Source: Spirochaetia bacterium (GTDB lineage Bacteria > Spirochaetota > Spirochaetia > PWKH01). From it: 52,518 bases of DNA. Under the pieces are notes generated by a model. That model ran no database searches. It worked only from the letters and a program-made list of their open reading frames with translations, and was not told the DNA's origin. Each line of letters begins with the position of its first letter. The stretch's first letter is position 1. Position numbers and translations under genes: made by a program. Where the stretch lies: assembly GCA_007116075.1 (NCBI GenBank), contig SKJE01000054.1, positions 1 through 52,518 on the forward strand, written 5' to 3'. Shown in pieces: positions 36,574 through 45,137 of this stretch.

Positions 36574-37908
36574 TCATTCATTTCTCATATGCACCGGCTG
36601 TCTGGTATTCTCCAGCACGTCCCTCCAGAGACTTCCCTCAGTGTTCACCTTGTTGCGCGCAGAGACAGCTACCTTAATGGGAATATGAACAAACTTGTTA
36701 TTCACCAGGCTGATCAGTGTCTGGGTCTTACCGGTCATTGCCGCATGCACCGCGTGGGCACCCAGCCGGGAACAGTAGATTGAGTCGTTGGGGTTTGCCG
36801 GAGCACTCCTGATGATGTAGCTGGGATCAATATACTTCATATTCACTTCAATCTTCTCGGCTCTGAAAAACTTCGTGATCTCATCCCGCAGATAGGTACC
36901 GATATCCACATATTTGGCGTTGCCTGAAGCATCCTTCTCCGCAGGCTTGTCCTTTAACAGGTGCTGACCCGCCCCTTCAGCTACAAGGATAACCGCATGG
37001 CTGCGGTCCGAGATACGCCGTTTCAAGTTACTCAGCAGTCCCTTCGGCCCCTCCATCTCAAAGGGGTCCTCGGGAATCATGCAGAAGTTTACATCACTCA
37101 TGGCAAGAGCGGTATGGGCGGCAATAAATCCTGAGTCCCGACCCATCACTTTCACCAACCCGATACCGTTGATGCTGTCATGGGCTTCCACATGGGCTCC
37201 CCGTACGACCTGGACCGCCATGGAGACGGCGGAGTCAAACCCGAAGGAGCTCTGGATAAATGAAAGGTCATTATCTATGGTTTTCGGAATCCCGATCACA
37301 GCAATCTTCAGTCCCCGCTTCTTGATTTCATCACCTATCTCATCAGATCCGCGCAATGTTCCGTCCCCGCCGACCGTAAAGAGCATATTGATATTCATCC
37401 GCTCCAGGGAGTCCACAATTTCCTCTACACGGTCTCCCCCTCCCCGGGCTGCACCGAGGATAGTGCCGCCCTTGACCTGGATGTCATCCACCACATCCGG
37501 ATCAAGGGGAATGGGAGGGAAATTCGCCTCCGGCAGCAGTCCCCGATACCCATACTGGATACCGCTGATCCTTCTCACTCCGTAGCTGTACCAAAGACAG
37601 CGCACCAACGCCCGAATCACGTTGTTCAGGCCCGGACAGAGACCACCGCAGGTAGCTATCGCCGCATGGACATGGGAGGGATTGAAGTAGATATTCTCCC
37701 GGGGGCCCGCAAGCTGGAGCACATCATCCATGATCAGTTCAGTCTGTTCTCCGACCATTTTTGCATCGATATCAAAAAAGACGTACTCGTCATCCTTTAC
37801 ATAGGCGGCAGTAGCTTCTCCCTTCTCTGTGGACATCTTAATGGGGGACTTAATCTTAGCCTCCCCAAGCTTCGGCACCTGAAAATCAAAATTCTTATTA
37901 CTTCCCAT
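36574..37908 (-). CDS. pfk: 6-phosphofructokinase (long clade; phosphoryl donor ambiguous)
   Basis: TCGGLCPGLNNVIR, TVGGDGTLRGS and IGIPKTIDNDL motifs. ATG at 37908 is preceded by AGGGAGG. The track start at 37935 is TTG. Confidence 0.88.
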   Translation of the reverse strand: MGSNKNFDFQVPKLGEAKIKSPIKMSTEKGEATAAYVKDDEYVFFDIDAKMVGEQTELIMDDVLQLAGPRENIYFNPSHVHAAIATCGGLCPGLNNVIRALVRCLWYSYGVRRISGIQYGYRGLLPEANFPPIPLDPDVVDDIQVKGGTILGAARGGGDRVEEIVDSLERMNINMLFTVGGDGTLRGSDEIGDEIKKRGLKIAVIGIPKTIDNDLSFIQSSFGFDSAVSMAVQVVRGAHVEAHDSINGIGLVKVMGRDSGFIAAHTALAMSDVNFCMIPEDPFEMEGPKGLLSNLKRRISDRSHAVILVAEGAGQHLLKDKPAEKDASGNAKYVDIGTYLRDEITKFFRAEKIEVNMKYIDPSYIIRSAPANPNDSIYCSRLGAHAVHAAMTGKTQTLISLVNNKFVHIPIKVAVSARNKVNTEGSLWRDVLENTRQPVHMRNE

Positions 37909-38257
37909 GAAGGGCCTCCCTGATATCATCAGCAAACTGCTGAAAAGCTAGATGGGCATCTGCTTTGACGGTACGCTGAAAATGATTATAATGATTTATT
38001 ACAGTAAATCCAAGTTCTGTCAAGATTGCACCGTTACGGGATGCCCCGCCCCGGCGACGATAGATCACCGGGGATCCCAGGGCATCCTCAAGGGTGCTCA
38101 CCATGCGGTGCGCCTTGGTATAGGAGATGCCAAGGGATTGTGCCGCCCGGAGGATAGAGCCGAGTCTGCTGATTTCCTCCAGCAGCCACAGGACTCCAAT
38201 ACCTAGGAACTTCTTCCCCTGGTCATCGGTGATGTAAATCTTCAGCTTTAATTCCAT
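37898..38257 (-). CDS. stand-alone ModE-N-terminal-like winged-helix DNA-binding protein
   Basis: 119 aa. GSILRAAQSLGISYTKAHRMVSTLEDALGSPVIYRRRGGASRNGAILTELG resembles the ModE/LysR-type HTH_1 N-domain. There is no effector (Mop/TOBE) domain. Overlaps both neighbours by 10 and 11 nt. Confidence 0.65.
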   Translation of the reverse strand: MELKLKIYITDDQGKKFLGIGVLWLLEEISRLGSILRAAQSLGISYTKAHRMVSTLEDALGSPVIYRRRGGASRNGAILTELGFTVINHYNHFQRTVKADAHLAFQQFADDIREALHGK

Positions 38258-39540
38258 AGCTCTCCGGCGGCCCGGTAGAGAATCTCGTAGAGTTCCTCAA
38301 GTCGGTCCACATCGACACTGGAAAAAGCTATCCGTAGATAATCATGCTGTATGGCAATAGTGCCGACCTGGTAGGCATCCAGAAGATAAATCCTCAACTG
38401 TTCAGCATCCCCCCGGGTGGCAAAGGTCATAAAGTACCCCGAATTGAAGGGCAGCGGGACAAGGTTCTTATCTTCGCTGTGGGCTGCAAGGATCTCCTTT
38501 ACCTTCACATACCGCTTTTCCAGCAGATCAAAGGCATACTGCTTCTCCTCCAGATAGGTGCTGCTGGTCAACCCTTTGAGCAGCAGACTCTGAGCTGGTT
38601 TGCTGGCGTTGGAGATGGATGAGCGGATCGCACCCATGGTCTTTTTTTCCATGGCTTCATACTGCTCAGGAGTCACATCCTTTCCACCATAGGTAATAAA
38701 TCCTATCCTAAAGCCCCAGACCAGTTCCTCCTTGGTCGCTCCGTCAACCTTGACAGCCAGAATATGTTCATGGGCATCGGCCAGAAGAGCAAAAAGGGAC
38801 TGGGGATAGGTATCCTCCTCAAAGAAAAGGCCGAAGTAGGCATCATCGGTGATAACGAGGATCTTGGTACCCGCCTCCGCATGCCGCTTCAGCACATGAA
38901 CGATCTGCTCGGCCTCATCCTTAGTTGGAGAATACCCCGAAGGATTATTGGGAAAGTTCAGGATCAGTGCCGCCTTTCCTCCCTGAAGAGCCTCAAGCGC
39001 GTCATCTATTGCCTTGATATTCATCCCGTCCTTTTCAGGAGTATAGAAGGGAAAACTCTTCAGTGTTGATTCCCTGCGCTCCTCAAAAATCAACCGGTAG
39101 TTACCCCAGAACATATCGGGCACCAGGATGGTGTCCCCCTTGTCAAGGAAGAGATCCGCCGTGATCGATATCCCGTGGGTAAGGCCTGCACAGACCAGAG
39201 GAAGAGAGGTCTGCTTTCCCTCCATATCGGGATTCTTACGAACCATCTCTTTTTTCCACACCTCCCGCAGGGCTTTCTCCCCTCCAGTGGGCGCATAGGG
39301 AAACACCTCAGAGGGCGTCATCCCGGAAAAATCCCGGTAGATCGATTTCAGGTACAAGGGCTCATTGCCCTCGGTCGCCATACCCACCGTTGCGGTAAGC
39401 CGTTTGGCCTTTTCCTTCGCTTCAGCAGACTGGGAAATAATACCCTTCGGGAAATAGAACCGCTTTCCCAAATCCGACAACAATTCCGGTATGACTGATC
39501 CGGTCAGTTTCTCATTCAGCTCTTTGGCTATCTGATGCAT
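38248..39540 (-). CDS. class I/II PLP-dependent aminotransferase
   Basis: 430 aa with NFPNNPSGYSPT, ITDDAYFGL and a PLP-lysine block VDGATKEELVWGFRIGF. Confidence 0.8.
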   Translation of the reverse strand: MHQIAKELNEKLTGSVIPELLSDLGKRFYFPKGIISQSAEAKEKAKRLTATVGMATEGNEPLYLKSIYRDFSGMTPSEVFPYAPTGGEKALREVWKKEMVRKNPDMEGKQTSLPLVCAGLTHGISITADLFLDKGDTILVPDMFWGNYRLIFEERRESTLKSFPFYTPEKDGMNIKAIDDALEALQGGKAALILNFPNNPSGYSPTKDEAEQIVHVLKRHAEAGTKILVITDDAYFGLFFEEDTYPQSLFALLADAHEHILAVKVDGATKEELVWGFRIGFITYGGKDVTPEQYEAMEKKTMGAIRSSISNASKPAQSLLLKGLTSSTYLEEKQYAFDLLEKRYVKVKEILAAHSEDKNLVPLPFNSGYFMTFATRGDAEQLRIYLLDAYQVGTIAIQHDYLRIAFSSVDVDRLEELYEILYRAAGELWN

Positions 39541-39620
39541 GCAATAACCCCCACGTCAGTATTGATATTGTTCTCCGCCAGTATACCAGCGGATGTGATA
39601 AATTCATACTCCCGCCGCAG

Positions 39621-41672
39621 CTAATTACGCTGTTCCAGCAGCGAGAGAAATGTCTGTTCGTCAACAATCTCGGCACCGAGTTCCCGAGCCTTCTCTAGTT
39701 TGCTTCCCGCCTTCTTTCCCGCCAGCAGGTGGGTCACCTGCTTCGACACCGCCGAGACAACCTTCCCTCCCTGCTGTTCAATAAGCTCTTCAGCACGGGT
39801 TCGCGGCGTAAAGGCCTCAAAGCTGCCGGTGACGCACCATGTCTGAGCAGTGAAGATCCCAGAAGCAGATTCCCTCCGGCTCTGGGAGAACTGGAGTCCT
39901 GATTGGCTCAGCCTCCGGATCCGCTTAACCATCTCCGGATTCCGGAGAGCCTCTCCCAGGGATGCGGCCATGGAGACTCCAAAGCCCTTAATCTCACACA
40001 GCTGCTGTTCCTCGTGCCGTTGGGCCAGGTCAAGCAGGAGCTCAATATCACCGTATCCGTGATTTACCAGCAGCTGGGACGCTTTTTTCCCGATCTCCCC
40101 AATTCCCAGGGATGCGAGCACCTGAACAAAGGGTCTCTCCTTGCTCTTCTCTATTGATGCTGTTACGGCATTTATTTTCTTCTCACCAAACCCGGCTACT
40201 CCAGAGAGCACCCGGTCATAGGGCAGCTCATAGAGATCAGCGGTATCCTTCAGCACCCCGAGTTCAATGAGGGTCCTGATGGTCTCCGGACCCACCCCGT
40301 CTATATCCATCTGCTGACGGGCACAGAAAAACCTGATCCGTCCAAATACCTGGTCGGGACATGCCGGGTTTGGACAGAAATGGTGGGCTCCCCGCTGTTC
40401 AAGAAAGGCGGAGCAGGAGGGACACTGCTTCGGGAGCTCCCAGTGGGGGGCTGCATCGGGCTGTTTATCAATGACCCGCTCAACCGCGGGGATCACATCT
40501 CCCCGTTTGGAGATCGCCACCCGGTCTCCCTCTGCAGCTTCCAGCACCCTGATATAATCCTGGTTGTGTAAAGTGACATTGGAAACCACTGAACCGCCGA
40601 TCTGCACTGGCTCCACCCGCGCTACGGGAGTCACCCGACCGGTACGCCCGATCTGCACTTCTATTGCATTGATCACCGTCTCAGCCTCGGGAGACTCAAA
40701 TTTGAAAGCCAGGGCCCATCGGGGATGATGTCCCGTATAGCCCAGCTGCTCCCGCACGTCAAGCTCATTTACCTTGAACACCAGACCGTCAATTTCATAG
40801 TCCCGCTGGCTCCGGGCTTCCGTCAGCTCCCGGATATACTCCTCCATCTTCCCGGTGTCGAGACGGCTCCAATGGGAAAATCCCTGATCATCCCATTCAC
40901 GGCGGCTCACCGGCTCTTGGGAGAACAGCGCAATATAACGGCTCAGGGGCAGACCGAGCCGGGAAAGATACCTGAGCATCTCGTCATGGGTGTCCAGGGC
41001 AAATCCTTCCGGATACCCTTCGTAGACGCAGAGCTGCAGGGGAACCCGGGCGGTCTCGCTGCTCTTGACCCGTCTCAGGGAACCTGCGGCAAGGTTCCTC
41101 GGATTTGCATAGACCGTTTCCCCCTCCCGGGCAATCTTCTCAAAGTCGCTTTTAGCAAGGAATATCTCTCCGCGTACCGCAATAGTGACCGGTTCAGTCA
41201 GCCTGAGGGGGACTTGACGGATGGTCCTTACATTCCCCGTGACATCATTGCCCGCAAACCCGTTGCCCCGGGTCACCGCCCGGTCAAGCACTCCCTCCCG
41301 GTAATAGAGCACAATAGCCGCTCCGTCAATTTTTTCCTCCGCGGCAAAGGAGAGGTGTCTCCCTGCCCTTCGGGCAGTCCTGTCCATCCACCCCTGGAGA
41401 TCAGGAAGGCTGTAGGCTTTATCAAGGCTGAGTACCGGTATGGTGTGCTCTGTTTCCGGCAGTTCACCGGAGAGGTCAGATCCGACCCTGAGGGAGGGAG
41501 AATCGCTTCTTTTCAGCTCCGGATGGGCTTGTTCAAGTTCAATCAGCCGGTCAAAGAGCCGATCATACTCCCGGTCACTCACCAGGGATGTTTGTTCAAC
41601 ATAGTAGGCGTGCTGGAGACGCTGCAGGTCACGTACCAGCCGATCATATTCCTGTTCCAGGTATTCACTCAT
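39621..41672 (-). CDS. ligA: NAD-dependent DNA ligase
   Basis: 683 aa with adenylation motif EEKIDGAA, a Zn-finger Cys cluster (CPSC...CPNPAC), HhH and a C-terminal BRCT (WCVTGSF...). RBS GGGAGGAG. Confidence 0.95.
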   Translation of the reverse strand: MSEYLEQEYDRLVRDLQRLQHAYYVEQTSLVSDREYDRLFDRLIELEQAHPELKRSDSPSLRVGSDLSGELPETEHTIPVLSLDKAYSLPDLQGWMDRTARRAGRHLSFAAEEKIDGAAIVLYYREGVLDRAVTRGNGFAGNDVTGNVRTIRQVPLRLTEPVTIAVRGEIFLAKSDFEKIAREGETVYANPRNLAAGSLRRVKSSETARVPLQLCVYEGYPEGFALDTHDEMLRYLSRLGLPLSRYIALFSQEPVSRREWDDQGFSHWSRLDTGKMEEYIRELTEARSQRDYEIDGLVFKVNELDVREQLGYTGHHPRWALAFKFESPEAETVINAIEVQIGRTGRVTPVARVEPVQIGGSVVSNVTLHNQDYIRVLEAAEGDRVAISKRGDVIPAVERVIDKQPDAAPHWELPKQCPSCSAFLEQRGAHHFCPNPACPDQVFGRIRFFCARQQMDIDGVGPETIRTLIELGVLKDTADLYELPYDRVLSGVAGFGEKKINAVTASIEKSKERPFVQVLASLGIGEIGKKASQLLVNHGYGDIELLLDLAQRHEEQQLCEIKGFGVSMAASLGEALRNPEMVKRIRRLSQSGLQFSQSRRESASGIFTAQTWCVTGSFEAFTPRTRAEELIEQQGGKVVSAVSKQVTHLLAGKKAGSKLEKARELGAEIVDEQTFLSLLEQRN

Positions 41673-41744
41673 ATTCTGACTCCTCCCTGTCTATTGTACT
41701 CTATTTTATTGCAGTTTCAATCCTATACATGGTACGCTGTATGC

Positions 41745-43724
41745 ATGGCACAAAAGTCACGTTACATCAGCGGCATGTACCGGCCGAATATGCTCTACGG
41801 AACGATTATCCGCTCCCCCATCAACCGGGGAAGGATTACCTCTATCGATATTCCCCCTATGGGGGATGATGTGGTGGTGGTCAGGGCATCGGATATCCCC
41901 GGGTCCAATGGGCTGAGGATTCTCAAGGAAACCCTGCCGCTGCTCACTGGAGAAACAATTCATTATCTCGGCCAGCCGATCCTTGCGGTCTTTGCTCCCA
42001 CCTTGGAGGATGCAAAGGTACACGCCTCGTCCGTGGCCATCCAGTTTGACACCATCCCTCCGGATATGGAGGACCGGGGTATCTTCACCGACAGAACGGT
42101 AACTCATGGCGACATTGACAAAGCCCTTATGGACCATCCCCGGGTCGTTGAACGCTCCTACCTGACGAGAGAGCTAGAGAGCAGCTACACAGCACCAACC
42201 GGTGCGCTCTCCTATCCTGAGGATGACCGTGTTATTATACATGCCTCAACCCAATGGCCCTTCCACGTCCGGGACAGCGTTGCTGAGGTCTGCGGGCTCC
42301 AGAAGCGCAGGATTTCGGTCTACACAACTCCCTACTCACCAAACTACGGTGAGAAGCTGGTATATCCGTCTATGTATGCATGCCTGACAGCCCTGGCATC
42401 CATCAAGTCAGGACGCCCTGCCCGCCTGATTTCCCGGTTCCCGGCCCTCAGTCCCCGGATCACCGTCTTAAGGAAAACCGCACTGGATGAATCCGGGATT
42501 CCCTGTGCCGAGGATATCCTGGTCACCGCTGATGTGGGTGCATATCCGCTTTTTGCCGAAGAGATAACCGAACACCTGCGGTGCGGGGTAATGGGATATA
42601 TTCCTCTGGACCACTACCGGATCCGGGTTAAAACCCTCCACTCTCCCCACCCGCCCCGGTACCATTTTGACGGTTTCGGATACCCTTCAGCCCTCTTCAG
42701 TTCCGAAAGTCATATTTCGGAAATCTGCTATGACCAGGAGGTAAACCCTGCCCAGTGGCGGTTAAACCAGTACACATCACAGCAGCTGCACCTGCTCAAC
42801 GGCGCATCCATGGGAGAGACACCCCTGGAAGAGGTGATCCAGCGGGTAGTGAAGGAGTCAGCCTTCAACCGAAAGTTTGCAGTATGTAAGATTAACCAGG
42901 TGCAGCGCAGCAGTCACGCCTCCTTCAGAGGGTACCTGCGGGGCATCGGGATTGCCTCAGGATTTGCCCCGAACGGCTTCTCCAGAAACTATCCCTGGGA
43001 AAAACTGTATTCAGTCCAGGTCCGTCTGGATGAGAACAACCGCCTTTCCATCCATACCAGTCTCTGTAATTCCGGGGCTTCCTACACATGGCGCAGAACC
43101 TCCTCAGAAATACTTGGGATTCCCGAGGAGAATATCGAGGTAGTGTACGGCGGCACCAGGGAACTACCAAATTCCGGACCCCATATCCTCTCCCGGGATA
43201 TTTCGATTATTACTCCCCTGATCCGCCGATGCTGCGAATCCATCAAGAGTCAGCGGTTCAAGGAACCCCTGCCGATCATTGTAAAGCGGGGCTTCAAGGC
43301 GAAGAGCCATGAACCGATACAGGAGTTCCATCGATTCAAGCCCTTCACCACCGCCTGCTGGGGGGCGGTGGTGGTGGAGCTTGAAGTGGACAGTGTCTCC
43401 TTTATGCCGGAATTCAGGGGTATCTGGTGTGCAATCGACTGCGGGAGACTCTTCAACGAGGAGGTCCTCAGAAACAATCTGCGTACCAAACTCCTGAAAA
43501 TCCTCCATCTCGCGGTAGGAGGGAGAATCACTCCCGACTACATGCCGAAAGTCGAAATTCAGTTTGTCGACCGGGGCAGTTCCGTACCGCTGTCAGGCAG
43601 CCAGGTGCTGGTGGGCCTATTCTATGCAGCCTTCACCTCAGCCCTCTCCCAGGCTTTAGACCGCTCCATCACGGAGCTTCCCATCACTCCCCCGGACATC
43701 CTGGCACAACTGGAGGATCTATGA
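41745..43724 (+). CDS. xanthine dehydrogenase/aldehyde oxidase family molybdopterin-subunit homolog, apparently degenerate
   Basis: About 659 aa. The N-terminal a/b-hammerhead-like region (LYGTIIRSPINRGRITSIDIPPMG...IHYLGQPILAVFAPTLEDA) and overall collinearity with the family are clear. The canonical GGGFGGK and GxGE motifs are not visible. Real start is ATG 41745; upstream, the 999-aa track ORF is antisense to ligA. Confidence 0.7.
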   Translation: MAQKSRYISGMYRPNMLYGTIIRSPINRGRITSIDIPPMGDDVVVVRASDIPGSNGLRILKETLPLLTGETIHYLGQPILAVFAPTLEDAKVHASSVAIQFDTIPPDMEDRGIFTDRTVTHGDIDKALMDHPRVVERSYLTRELESSYTAPTGALSYPEDDRVIIHASTQWPFHVRDSVAEVCGLQKRRISVYTTPYSPNYGEKLVYPSMYACLTALASIKSGRPARLISRFPALSPRITVLRKTALDESGIPCAEDILVTADVGAYPLFAEEITEHLRCGVMGYIPLDHYRIRVKTLHSPHPPRYHFDGFGYPSALFSSESHISEICYDQEVNPAQWRLNQYTSQQLHLLNGASMGETPLEEVIQRVVKESAFNRKFAVCKINQVQRSSHASFRGYLRGIGIASGFAPNGFSRNYPWEKLYSVQVRLDENNRLSIHTSLCNSGASYTWRRTSSEILGIPEENIEVVYGGTRELPNSGPHILSRDISIITPLIRRCCESIKSQRFKEPLPIIVKRGFKAKSHEPIQEFHRFKPFTTACWGAVVVELEVDSVSFMPEFRGIWCAIDCGRLFNEEVLRNNLRTKLLKILHLAVGGRITPDYMPKVEIQFVDRGSSVPLSGSQVLVGLFYAAFTSALSQALDRSITELPITPPDILAQLEDL

Positions 43725-44209
43725 ACATTACCTGTACCATCAACGGAAAACAGGCAGTATACCAGGTCTCCTCGGATATGCCCCTGCTCGACCTGCTTAT
43801 CGACAACGCCCATATCACATCACTGCGGCCGGGATGCCGGAAGGGACACTGCGGCAGCTGTATCGTGCTCATTGATGACCGGCCGGCCCTTTCCTGCCTG
43901 GTCCCTGTATTCGACATCCGGGGCAGAGATATCATCACCTTTGAACGGTTCCAGCGAACCCGGGACTCCACGGATATCAGGAAGGGTTTTGAGCAGGCGG
44001 AGGCGGTTCCCTGTTCCTACTGCTACCCATCAAAGACCCTTATCACCCACGGAATCATCAGCAGAAACGTAAATCCGGAACCCGATGAGATCCTGGCAGC
44101 CTTTGCCCTCCATGCATGCACCTGTCTCGAACCGGACCAGGTAGTCCGGGGTGTACTCCAGGCAGGGTCCTATCGGGGTCGAAGGAGGAAGTATGCCCGC
44201 AGTAAATAG
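43721..44209 (+). CDS. [2Fe-2S]-binding small subunit of a xanthine-dehydrogenase-family enzyme
   Basis: 162 aa with both cluster signatures: C-x4-C-x2-C-x11-C (CRKGHCGSCIVLIDDRPALSC) and C-x2-C-x31-C-x-C (CSYC...CTC). ATGA overlap with the upstream gene. RBS TGGAGGA. Confidence 0.85.
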   Translation: MNITCTINGKQAVYQVSSDMPLLDLLIDNAHITSLRPGCRKGHCGSCIVLIDDRPALSCLVPVFDIRGRDIITFERFQRTRDSTDIRKGFEQAEAVPCSYCYPSKTLITHGIISRNVNPEPDEILAAFALHACTCLEPDQVVRGVLQAGSYRGRRRKYARSK

Positions 44210-45077
44210 ATCCCCGGTTGTCTACACTCCTTCAACCGTATCGGAACTTCTTGAGCTCAGGACCCGCATGCCCCAGGCAACCATCTGGGCAGGGGGAACG
44301 GCACTCATGAGCCGCTACTATTTCTATCCCTACCCCCTCTCCCGTGATATCATCTCCCTGGGAAAGGTTGCGGAGCTCTCCCGGATTACCCGGACCGAGC
44401 GCTACCTCGATATCGGCTCCACCGCCACTATTGAACAGATCCTTACCGTGGGGCACCACATTCTCCCACCCCTGCTTGCCAGGGCACTGAGACAGATAGG
44501 GCCGCCCACCCTCACCTCCCGGGCAACAATCGGGGGAAATCTCTGCATACCTGATCTTCGACTCAACCTGAGTGCTTCTCTCTCCCTTTTTCAGGTGCAG
44601 GTGGAACTCCGGGGGGGCAAGCGCTTCGGCCAGCAGAGCAGATGGATCCCCCTCAACCGGCTCTACCAGAAGGAAGGGGGGCTTCTGATCCAAGACCATG
44701 AAGTGCTTACCCGCATCCGCATCACCTTCGATGAAGGAGACTTCCAGCAGTTTCAGCAGATCGGATTTCCCTACCGCTACCCCGAAGAGGCGGTGCTCTT
44801 CTCTCTCTTTGCCCGGCACAGTCAGTCCTCGGTATCGGACTACCGGCTAGCATTCACCTTTCCCCGTATCGGGATTTTCCGGGACCGGGACATTGAGTCG
44901 GCTGTGACCAACCAGAGCCTTCCACTGATGCACGGAGATATTGCTGAGATCTCTGATCTGCTGCGCAGGAGCCTCCATCATTTCAGCTCCAGGATTGCAC
45001 CGATCCAGTACGCCCGCTCAATCCGCGCCTTTGAACGATCCCTGACCCTGCTGAATACCAGAAGCGTCTCCCGGTAA
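44193..45077 (+). CDS. FAD-binding (CoxM/XdhB-like) medium subunit of a xanthine-dehydrogenase-family enzyme
   Basis: About 294 aa with the IWAGGTALMS (AGGT-x-L) FAD motif and LDIGSTATIEQI. ATG at 44193 is preceded by GAAGGAGG. Overlaps the FeS gene by 17 nt. Confidence 0.75.
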   Translation: MPAVNRSPVVYTPSTVSELLELRTRMPQATIWAGGTALMSRYYFYPYPLSRDIISLGKVAELSRITRTERYLDIGSTATIEQILTVGHHILPPLLARALRQIGPPTLTSRATIGGNLCIPDLRLNLSASLSLFQVQVELRGGKRFGQQSRWIPLNRLYQKEGGLLIQDHEVLTRIRITFDEGDFQQFQQIGFPYRYPEEAVLFSLFARHSQSSVSDYRLAFTFPRIGIFRDRDIESAVTNQSLPLMHGDIAEISDLLRRSLHHFSSRIAPIQYARSIRAFERSLTLLNTRSVSR

Positions 45078-45087
45078 TCGTCTGCTC

Positions 45088-45117
45088 TTTACAAGCACCG
45101 TCGCAGATGAGTATAGT
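45088..45117 (+). promoter_or_regulatory. candidate promoter of dnaE
   Basis: TTTACA (45088-45093), 18 nt, TATAGT (45112-45117), 20 nt upstream of the dnaE ATG. Confidence 0.4.
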
Positions 45118-45137
45118 ACCAGCGAGGTTGCATAGAT

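Noticed and set aside
40725-41744. The first ~340 codons of the 999-aa plus-strand ORF (40725-43724)
   Set aside because: This part lies entirely antisense to ligA, which has unmistakable ligase motifs. Its translation has no recognisable domains. The xanthine-dehydrogenase-like homology begins only at ATG 41745, in the ligA-upstream intergenic region. It is an open antisense frame fused in-frame to a real gene.
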